From contig OZ242296.1 in NCBI GenBank assembly GCA_965207735.1, positions 320,001-384,000 on the forward strand: 64,000 bases of DNA, written 5' to 3'. Below, in pieces: positions 57,177-64,000 of the stretch; position 1 is the stretch's first letter; every line of letters starts with the position of its first letter. The DNA comes from Candidatus Versatilivorator sp. (lineage in GTDB: Bacteria > Acidobacteriota > Terriglobia > Versatilivoradales > Versatilivoraceae). The notes below the pieces were generated by a model that saw only the letters and a program-made list of their open reading frames with translations, had not been told where the DNA came from and did no database searches. A program made the translations under genes and the position numbers.

Positions 57177-57467
57177 TTGAACGTAAACAAGAAGAGTCGT
57201 CGCAAGAATGCCCCGGGCAGGTCCCGCGACGGGATCTCTGAGGCGATACTTCGATCCCACCAGGTGGAAGATCAGACCCATGCGGAATCCCTCTACCTGA
57301 ACAATCTGGTTCGCGACAAGAGGCGAGTCGTGGTGAAGTTGCTCAATAACGAAGAAATCGAAGGCTGGATTGAGTACTACGACAAGCGCTTTATCCGCGT
57401 AACCCGCAACCGCGAAGCCAACATGTTCATCTACAAGCACCAGATCAAATATATCCAGGAACGCTGA
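57177..57467 (+). CDS. Hfq-like Sm-fold RNA chaperone
   Basis: VVVKLLNNEEIEGWIEYYD and FIYKHQI resemble Hfq Sm1/Sm2; TTG start inferred. Confidence 0.75.
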   Translation: MNVNKKSRRKNAPGRSRDGISEAILRSHQVEDQTHAESLYLNNLVRDKRRVVVKLLNNEEIEGWIEYYDKRFIRVTRNREANMFIYKHQIKYIQER

Positions 57468-57483
57468 TCCGTCTTGGATTGTT

Positions 57484-58970
57484 GAGCCTTTTGCAAAATT
57501 CGGAATCGGGCATGACATTGGGCTGGCAACAGTGATGTTCCGGCGGTGACTACCCAGCTGCAAAGACCCTTTTGAAGGAAAAAGCCCGAATCTGATGGCC
57601 GGATGGCCAGCGGTCGCCGGACGCAGGCACAGCTTACCCTCTCCCGGCCTTGAGGCGGGCGAACCTGCTGTGCGGTTGGGGGTGGCAACCCGGTCTTCAG
57701 AGCGTCAGGCGCATCAACTGATCCACCGTCAGGGCCAGAATGCCGAACATCAGGTGGCACCTCACCTTGTCGGGGCCGCGAACCCTCACCTGCCTCCCGC
57801 CAAACTCCTCCTTGAGCCGTCCGTTGACCCGCTCCACCGTCGAGCGTTCCCGGTAGCGCCGCGCCTCGGGAGTCACTTGGCCGATACAGCGCCGGGCCAG
57901 TGCCTCCCGCTTCCGCTCGGCTTTCAAGGTAGCTCTTCGGCGGGGGTTGACGTCAATAATCGGCACATGCCCCAGCTTCTCACTGAAGGCCCGGATCTCC
58001 GGCGCATCGTAGGCGCTGTCCATCAAGTCGTAGAGACTCTCGACCCGCCTTGCCGTCAGCGTCGCCAGCGGAATGGCTGCCTGAGAGTCATGCACCGAGG
58101 CCGAGGTCAGCAGACAACTGACCGGAATCCCGCCGTCAATGGCGTCGAGGTGTAGCTTGTAGCCGGTCCAGCTCTCCTGATGCCCCTTGGCGTTGCGCTT
58201 GACGCCGATGTCGCAGGCCTTGGGCAACTCCTTCAACATTTCCTCCAGCGTCATCGACCCCTGCCGCTCCAGCCGGCTCAACCGCTTGGGCCGTCGCTCG
58301 CCCTTCGGCGGCCGGCCCCGCCGGCGTTTCCGCTTGGCCTCCGGCGCAGCCTTGGCCGCTGGCTTTTCCCGTCCCGCAATCGCCGTCGAGTCCCTCGACA
58401 CATGCCCCGCCAAGTGGCCCTTCAGCGTCTCCTCCAGCAATGCCTCGTGCAAACGCCCCGGCAGGTCGCTCTCAGCGAATTCCGCAAAGGCCCGCGAGAA
58501 GGTCGACTCGCTCGGTACCTCCCACGCCCTCTCCCAGCCGCACAGCCGCCGCAGCCTCCCCTCACTCCTCAGCCGCTCCACCAATCCCCGCGTGGTCGCC
58601 ACCTCCAGCATCGACTTCGCCAGATAGGCTCGCGCCAGCACTGCCCGATCCTCCAGCGGCCGGCCACGCCAGCCCCGACTGTAAGGCAGCAACTCCTCCA
58701 CCCGCACCAACTCCAATACCTGCACCAGCCGCTGGTAACGCTCTCCCAGAGGCCCCAAAACTTCCTCCAGCAGGGGAAACAGCTCTCGTTGAAACCGGAA
58801 CCAGTGTCGTGATAGGGTTTCCCTAAGGGGCAAGTTCCACCTCCGTTCATCATGTGGTTCAGACACCTTCATGATACAACAGACAGTGGTCTTGCCCCTC
58901 CTTCCACCTGCCCTCCTTGATCTTTCCCCACGTGAAAATTCCCGCTATCTGCGAATTTTGCAAAAGGCTC
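57484..58970 (-). mobile_element. Insertion sequence, IS5/IS1182-type, 1487 bp
   Basis: Perfect 19-bp TIRs GAGCCTTTTGCAAAATTCG; 4-bp target duplication TGTT (57480-57483 and 58971-58974); one transposase. Confidence 0.92.
57697..58872 (-). CDS. DDE transposase
   Basis: PSESTFSR, DSTAI, GYKLHL, MDSAYD, RSTVERVNGRLK. Confidence 0.93.
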   Translation of the reverse strand: MKVSEPHDERRWNLPLRETLSRHWFRFQRELFPLLEEVLGPLGERYQRLVQVLELVRVEELLPYSRGWRGRPLEDRAVLARAYLAKSMLEVATTRGLVERLRSEGRLRRLCGWERAWEVPSESTFSRAFAEFAESDLPGRLHEALLEETLKGHLAGHVSRDSTAIAGREKPAAKAAPEAKRKRRRGRPPKGERRPKRLSRLERQGSMTLEEMLKELPKACDIGVKRNAKGHQESWTGYKLHLDAIDGGIPVSCLLTSASVHDSQAAIPLATLTARRVESLYDLMDSAYDAPEIRAFSEKLGHVPIIDVNPRRRATLKAERKREALARRCIGQVTPEARRYRERSTVERVNGRLKEEFGGRQVRVRGPDKVRCHLMFGILALTVDQLMRLTL

Positions 58971-59072
58971 TGTTGATTGTCGATTTGTGATTGTTGATTT
59001 GGGGAGCCAGGACGACTGGTTTCGCCTCGAAACAAATCCAAAATCAAAAATCTACAATCCCAAATCCACAAT
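58971..59072. repeat. Inverted heptamer arrays (GATTnnn)n...(AATCnnn)n
   Basis: GATTGTC GATTTGT GATTGTT GATTT facing AATCCAA AATCAAA AATCTAC AATCCCA AATCCAC; first unit lies left of the IS at 57477. Confidence 0.75.
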
Positions 59073-59144
59073 AGACCTTCTGCAATTTGGTGGCCTCGGT
59101 GGATACCCCGCTGAGAAGTGAATGTCCCCGGCGAGCATTGCGGG

Positions 59145-59510
59145 TCAGGCCTTCAGGTCCGTCAATATCCGGGCCAGGCGGGCGGAGAAAGCCGAACGGG
59201 GCAGGACCCAGCTTGCGCCGGCTTGGCGGGCTTTCTCGGCGAGTTCGGTCTGAACGTGGGAGTAGTAGGCCAGAATGGGAATAGGGTCCCGGTCGAACGA
59301 GTCCTGGAGTTCCTGAATGGCCTGCACCGGCTCTGTCGTTCGCCCGTTGAGATCGATGATGATGAGCTTGACTTTCTCCGGGTCGGCGCCTCGGACCAGT
59401 TCCCGGGGCGTTTGCATGAGCCGGAGGGGGACGGAGCACAGGCGGGCCGTGGAGGCGATCTTGCTGGAAAAGAAAAGATCGTCTACCAGTGCCAGAACTT
59501 CATCGGGCAT
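59145..59510 (-). CDS. Stand-alone receiver-domain-like protein
   Basis: ALVDDLFF, IIIDLN, ARQAGA; the conserved Lys is replaced (LPRS). Confidence 0.7.
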   Translation of the reverse strand: MPDEVLALVDDLFFSSKIASTARLCSVPLRLMQTPRELVRGADPEKVKLIIIDLNGRTTEPVQAIQELQDSFDRDPIPILAYYSHVQTELAEKARQAGASWVLPRSAFSARLARILTDLKA

Positions 59511-59537
59511 GACAGCATCTCCAATTCTCGAGTTCAG

Positions 59538-59878
59538 CTTGTCTGAAACAAACCAAAAAATACAAAAGAAAAAGAGGAGCCTTTTGCAAATATCGCAATC
59601 GGGAATGACATTGAGGCGGCAAGGATGATGTGCTGCAGGCTCCAGCATTCACCACGATAAGCACAAGAGACAACAGAAACCACAAAAAGCACAAAAGGCA
59701 CAAAACGAGTTTCTTGATTTCGAGACTTGCCCGTCCGATGGTTCTTTTTGTGTTTTTGTGCCTTTTGTGGCCATTCCCGGCAAAGGTCCCGCTGATGAAT
59801 TTTGCAAAGGGCTCAGAGGAAAAAGAGTTATCCACGAAGGGTCACTAAGAACGACGAAGGGCCACTAAGGCGTTGATG
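59538..59878 (+). repeat. Intergenic repeat family B, copy 3, interrupted by the MITE
   Basis: CTTGTCTGAAACAA...AAAAGAG [MITE] ...AAAAGAGTTATCCACGAAGG...CACTAAGGCG. Confidence 0.7.
59577..59814. mobile_element. MITE (238 bp) related to the neighbouring IS
   Basis: TIRs GAGCCTTTTGCAAA / TTTGCAAAGGGCTC; target duplication AGAG (59573-59576 and 59815-59818); first ~55 bp homologous to 57484-57540. Confidence 0.88.
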
Positions 59879-59910
59879 TTAATGATGGAGCCTTTTCGGC
59901 GGACTGCCGG

Positions 59911-60996
59911 TCAAGCGCTGTGCCGAAAATGAATGGTTTCGCCGTCCTGAACCGGATACTGCTTGCCCTCCAGCCGAAGTAATCCCCGCTGTCGGGCGGT
60001 CGCCAGGGATTTGACCTCCAACAGCACACTCGAGGGAATCACTTCAGCCCGAATAAAGCACCTCTCCAGGTCGGAGTGGATTGCGCCGGCCGCCTTGAGA
60101 GCCGGTGTGCCATTGGGGATGGTCCAGGCACGACATTCGTCCTCTCCCACGGTGAAGAAGGAAATCAGTCCCAGCAGCCGGTAGGTGGTCCGAATCGTCC
60201 GTTCCAGACCCGATTCGGCGAGCCCGTAGTCCGCCAGAAAGGCCTCCACCTCCTCGTCGGCCAACTCCGCCAACTCCGCTTCCAGCTTGCCGCAAACGGC
60301 TGTCAGGTCGGTGTTCGGCTGGTCGGTCAGCGTCTTGAGCCGGTAATACTCGGCCAGGCGCGGGATCCGCGCCGCAGCGCTGTCGGGGAGGTTGAGCACG
60401 TGGAGCACCGGCTTCTCCGATAGGAAGGCAAACCCCCGAAGGCGCTTTCTCTCCTCCCCGCTCAGCTCGAGAGACCGAAGGGGCTTTTCCTGCTCCAACC
60501 ACTGGCGGCATTTTCGAAGCAGCCCGTCTTCCCTCACCAGATCAGGATTCTTCATCTTCTTGAGATCCTTTTCCAGGCGTTCCAGCCGCCTTTCAATCAC
60601 GCCAAGGTCACTCAGGATGAGTTCCAGATCCAACTCGGCGATGTTCCGTTCGGGGTAGCCGGGGATTTCGCCCTGGGGCGAAGGCTCCTCGTCAAAGGCC
60701 CGAACCACGTGCACCAGCACATCCAGGTTGCGGAAGTCTGCTGTCCCCATCTCCGCGGTGGCGGTTCCCTCGCTAAAGGAGGGGACGTCCAGGTATTCAA
60801 TCACGGCCGGGGTCGTTTTTCTTGGCTGGAAAAGAGCTGCCAGACGGTCCAGGCGCGAATCGGGGACAGTCGCCACGCCGACCACCGATCCTCCACGCTT
60901 GCGGGATTGGGCCGCGGAACTGATGTCTGTCCTGGTCAGGATCTTGAAAAGGGTGGATTTGCCCGCTGAAGGGAACCCGATGATTCCGGCTTTCAC
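59911..60996 (-). CDS. ychF: Redox-regulated ATPase YchF
   Basis: GFPSAGKSTLF, VPDSRL, FFTVGEDECRAW, AGAIHSD, FIRAE, RLEGKQYPVQDG. Confidence 0.93.
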   Translation of the reverse strand: MKAGIIGFPSAGKSTLFKILTRTDISSAAQSRKRGGSVVGVATVPDSRLDRLAALFQPRKTTPAVIEYLDVPSFSEGTATAEMGTADFRNLDVLVHVVRAFDEEPSPQGEIPGYPERNIAELDLELILSDLGVIERRLERLEKDLKKMKNPDLVREDGLLRKCRQWLEQEKPLRSLELSGEERKRLRGFAFLSEKPVLHVLNLPDSAAARIPRLAEYYRLKTLTDQPNTDLTAVCGKLEAELAELADEEVEAFLADYGLAESGLERTIRTTYRLLGLISFFTVGEDECRAWTIPNGTPALKAAGAIHSDLERCFIRAEVIPSSVLLEVKSLATARQRGLLRLEGKQYPVQDGETIHFRHSA

Positions 60997-61063
60997 GATG
61001 AGACTCCCTGGTTCGCCCACCGGGCGCCGTCAGGGGAAGTGGATGGGGATGCCGGCTGTCCGA

Positions 61064-61837
61064 TCACACCAACCCCAGGGTCAATATCTTGACCAGAGTC
61101 CTGAGGAAGGATTTCCAGGCCGATTTTCGGGAGGGGCTGGCGGAGCCGTAGGCGGACGCACCCGGACCATTGCGCTCTCCGGGCGGCAGCGGTCCGGCGC
61201 AGGGGCAATCCCGGAAGTATTCAGGGGATGCAATCCGGCCGGGCGCAACTCTCATGCCGGGCCCGGGGGGCACGGTTAGCATTGTAGAGTTGTCCTGGCC
61301 GGTGATTTCCAGCAGGCCGCGGTCGGATCTCACGCAGATAGTCCCATCCGGCTCCAGGCCGATCTCGCCCCGGAAGGCATCGGGCTGAAGTTGTGATCCC
61401 GGATTCACCCTGATAAGAAAGTCGGGTGTCAGGAACAAATCTCCCTGGGAGCGGGGAAGATTGTAGGACACGCTGCCGCTGTGCAGGGTGAAGAGGAAGG
61501 GAGACCGCGGCTGCTGAACCGTCAAGTCGGTTTCCCGGCACAGACTGAGTTGTCCTCCCGCCAGAAGCTCGAGTTGGGCTTTACCGTTCTTGCTATGGAT
61601 CCGGGCGCCGTCGTAAACCATGGGAAACCGGGACCGTCCACCCCGGCCCCAGTCGACACGGCCGGTCAACTGGAGACTGCCCTTGGAGGTCACAAAACCC
61701 ACTGGGAATTTCCCCGCTTGGCCTGACTGGGTCGAAGGATGGCCCAGGCAAACCGTTGCAGCCGCGCACAGCAGGACCAGGCACACCCGGGGAAATCTCA
61801 GGGATTTGACCGAACCGGGAATCAAGTGGGAAATCAT
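61064..61837 (-). CDS. Exported hypothetical protein (FecR-like beta domain)
   Basis: Signal-like segment; GGQLSLC...LHSGSV...LTPDF; start uncertain. Confidence 0.55.
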   Translation of the reverse strand: MISHLIPGSVKSLRFPRVCLVLLCAAATVCLGHPSTQSGQAGKFPVGFVTSKGSLQLTGRVDWGRGGRSRFPMVYDGARIHSKNGKAQLELLAGGQLSLCRETDLTVQQPRSPFLFTLHSGSVSYNLPRSQGDLFLTPDFLIRVNPGSQLQPDAFRGEIGLEPDGTICVRSDRGLLEITGQDNSTMLTVPPGPGMRVAPGRIASPEYFRDCPCAGPLPPGERNGPGASAYGSASPSRKSAWKSFLRTLVKILTLGLV

Positions 61838-61972
61838 GTCGGATTCTACCTTGCCTTGGCTATCGCCGCGAGGGAGGACTGGGATTCCAGCCCGCCGTTT
61901 CCCCTGGAAGCGTCGCCCCATTGCCTGCCAAAAGACTAGCAGAAAAAAGTTCGGCCCCGACAAATAAACTGC

Positions 61973-62050
61973 TTGACTCCGGCATCGGAACTCGTAGACT
62001 GGAGTGGAGTAGAGTGGACTAGAAAAGACTTTTGTGGTCTAGTGTGGATC
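61973..62050 (+). promoter_or_regulatory. dcw promoter (TTGACT-N16-TAGACT) with MraZ-type GTGG boxes
   Basis: GTGG at 62004, 62014, 62034 and 62044, in 10-bp phase upstream of mraZ. Confidence 0.7.
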
Positions 62051-62111
62051 CAAGACCCACAACGGGTCCCGATTTTGGTCCCGGTTCTCGGCTACTGCGG
62101 AGTTTCGTCCC

Positions 62112-62564
62112 ATGCTGCAACTCAGGGGAAGTCAGGCCACCAAGCTGGACGGGAAGGGCCGTATCAAGCTGCCCGTGGGCTTTCGCTCCGAAATCGAGCA
62201 GGAACATGGAAACGAATTCTTTGTCACCAGTCTCAAAGGAGACTGCATCCGGCTCTATCCATTCGCCGTTTGGGACGAGATTGAAAAGAACATTGGCTCT
62301 CTTCCCTCGAAACGGCCTGTGGTCAAGAAATTCCTGCGCGCCACCAACTATTACGGCCAAAAGGCCCTGATGGACAGCCAGGGTCGATTGATGCTGCCTC
62401 AGAAACTGCGAGAGTCGGCCCGGCTGGAAGATGAAGTCAGGGTGGTGGGGTCCATGGACTACCTGGAAATCTGGCGAGAGGACACTCTGAAGAACGCCGT
62501 CGAAAGCAATCCGTGGAGCGACAACGACGACGAGGAACTCTCGGAAATCGGGATCTCGGGATGA
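62112..62564 (+). CDS. mraZ: Transcriptional regulator MraZ
   Basis: LDGKGRIKLP, MDSQGRLMLP, DYLEIW. Confidence 0.95.
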   Translation: MLQLRGSQATKLDGKGRIKLPVGFRSEIEQEHGNEFFVTSLKGDCIRLYPFAVWDEIEKNIGSLPSKRPVVKKFLRATNYYGQKALMDSQGRLMLPQKLRESARLEDEVRVVGSMDYLEIWREDTLKNAVESNPWSDNDDEELSEIGISG

Positions 62565-63559
62565 ACTTGACCCGTCTCGCGGACGCAGGTGCTCCAATGG
62601 TTTCAACGCCTCAAGTCAAGACGAGCTCCGGTGAGGCCGGGAACCTGCACAGGCCGGTGATGCTCTCCCAGGTCATCGAGTATCTGCGGCCTCAATCGAA
62701 AGGCGTCTATATCGATGCCACTCTTGGCCTGGGGGGGCATGCCCGGGCCATTCTGGATGAGTCGTCCCCCGAAGGGAGGCTCCTTGGGATCGATCGTGAC
62801 CGGGAGAGCCTGGAGAGGGCTGCCCTGGGGGTGGCCCGGTACGGAGGCCGTGTCGAGTTCCACCACGGAAATTTTGCCCAAGTGAAAGACATCGCCCGCC
62901 GCGTGCAATTCGAATCCTGCGACGGGATCCTGGCTGACCTGGGCCTTTCCTCCTTCCAGCTGGAGACGGCTGAACGCGGCTTCAGTTTTCAAAGATCCGG
63001 TCCACTGGATATGAGAATGGACACCGCCTCTCCACTGACGGCTGCCGAGGTGGTCAACCGCTTTCCGGAACCCAAGTTGGCGTCTCTGATTCACGCCTAT
63101 GGGGAAGAGCCGGGTTCTCGCCGGATCGCCCGGGCTATCGTGCGAGCCAGACCCCTGCAAGACACGCTCAGCCTGGCGGAGGTGGTATCGCGGGCGGTGC
63201 GCTCCCGCCGCCGGGCGAAAATTCATCCGGCCACGCGGACCTTTCAGGCGCTCAGAATTTTTGTCAATGACGAGTTGGAGGCGCTGGGTCAATTCGTCGC
63301 CAGCTCGATCGATTTGCTGAAGGCGGGGGGAAGGCTGGCAATCGTCAGCTTTCATTCTTTGGAGGACCGGATCGTGAAGGGCTCCTTGGGCTCCATGGCT
63401 CGGGGCTGTGTCTGCCCTCCAAGGATGCCAGTCTGCGTCTGCGGTCGGAAGAAACTGGTGAAGCTGGTCTGCCGCAAGCCTGTTTCGCCGACCGAAGCGG
63501 AAAAAATCAGCAATCCGCGTTCGAGAAGCGCCAGGCTGAGGGTGGCCGAACGGTTGTGA
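62561..63559 (+). CDS. rsmH: 16S rRNA m4C1402 methyltransferase
   Basis: HRPVM, DATLGLGGH, DLGLSSFQL, PLDMRMD, TFQALRI, SFHSLEDR, NPRSRSARLR; ATGA overlap with mraZ. Confidence 0.96.
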   Translation: MNLTRLADAGAPMVSTPQVKTSSGEAGNLHRPVMLSQVIEYLRPQSKGVYIDATLGLGGHARAILDESSPEGRLLGIDRDRESLERAALGVARYGGRVEFHHGNFAQVKDIARRVQFESCDGILADLGLSSFQLETAERGFSFQRSGPLDMRMDTASPLTAAEVVNRFPEPKLASLIHAYGEEPGSRRIARAIVRARPLQDTLSLAEVVSRAVRSRRRAKIHPATRTFQALRIFVNDELEALGQFVASSIDLLKAGGRLAIVSFHSLEDRIVKGSLGSMARGCVCPPRMPVCVCGRKKLVKLVCRKPVSPTEAEKISNPRSRSARLRVAERL

Positions 63560-63618
63560 AGCCGTGACAGCTCCTTTGCGGTGCGTCTTTGACGGCATGG
63601 TTGAGGCGAGGAGGTCCG

Positions 63619-64000
63619 ATGACTGAGATCCACATGGTGAAACAGATCGACAATTCCAGGCTGGTCAAGGAGTTGGATTTTCAGAAGACCAGGGAGTGCT
63701 TGCTGCTCATGATCCTGGCAATGGCCTGTTTGATGGTGCTGCTCTTCCTGGCCTGGCAGCAGTTCGAGGTCATTCGCCAGGGCTATGAGCGTGAAGAGCT
63801 TCGGAAGGAAATCAAGCATCTGACTGAGATCAGCCGCCAACTCAAGCTGGAGCGGGCCACCTTGCGCAGTCCTCAGCGAATCGATCTGATCGCCAGAAAG
63901 CAGCTTGGACTCATCAGCCCTTCGTTTCACCAGATTGTGATCGAGTCCGCTCCCGAGGCGCCGCAACCGGCCGAGATTCTCATTGCAGCTCGGGAAGGCC
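63619..64000 (+). CDS. ftsL: Cell division protein FtsL (runs off the window end)
   Basis: RBS GAGGAGG; MTEIHMVKQIDNSRLVKE, one TM segment, coiled coil, LRSPQRID; follows rsmH; not in the ORF track. Confidence 0.85.
   Translation, partial: MTEIHMVKQIDNSRLVKELDFQKTRECLLLMILAMACLMVLLFLAWQQFEVIRQGYEREELRKEIKHLTEISRQLKLERATLRSPQRIDLIARKQLGLISPSFHQIVIESAPEAPQPAEILIAAREG

Noticed and set aside
57564-57580. AGACCCTTTTGAAGG as the true IS end
   Set aside because: The outer end at 57484 gives a perfect 19-bp TIR and a 4-bp target duplication; the inner motif is at most a relic end

Overview
High-GC bacterial window, most likely Acidobacteriota (inferred from the Oar-type TonB receptor, FtsL and Hfq-like sequences; the FN3/cadherin-rich giant proteins resemble those of sponge symbionts). 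Bases 1-22.7 kb are an accessory island with three paralogous giant surface-protein genes. They share a near-identical, patchwork C-terminal module but carry different N-terminal payloads: an arylsulfotransferase, an S8/S53-like protease (now a pseudogene) and a non-enzymatic SwmB/cadherin head. Between them lie a fused GAF-PAS-kinase-REC-winged-helix regulator, an XRE regulator and a duplicated promoter with pho-box geometry. An MpaB/Lcp-like oxygenase and an integrase remnant close the island. The rest is mostly core genome: pepF, an orphan SBP, two GHL10-like proteins, a GGDEF protein, mazG, a SAM-I-riboswitch operon (thrC-like, moeB/thiF, desulfurase, asd, MoaD-like carrier), a TonB receptor, acnA, a Lol-like cluster, ddl, asnS, hfq-like, ychF and mraZ-rsmH-ftsL. 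It also holds an intact IS5/IS1182-type element and a related MITE, both inserted into short intergenic repeats. No rRNA, tRNA or CRISPR array was seen.
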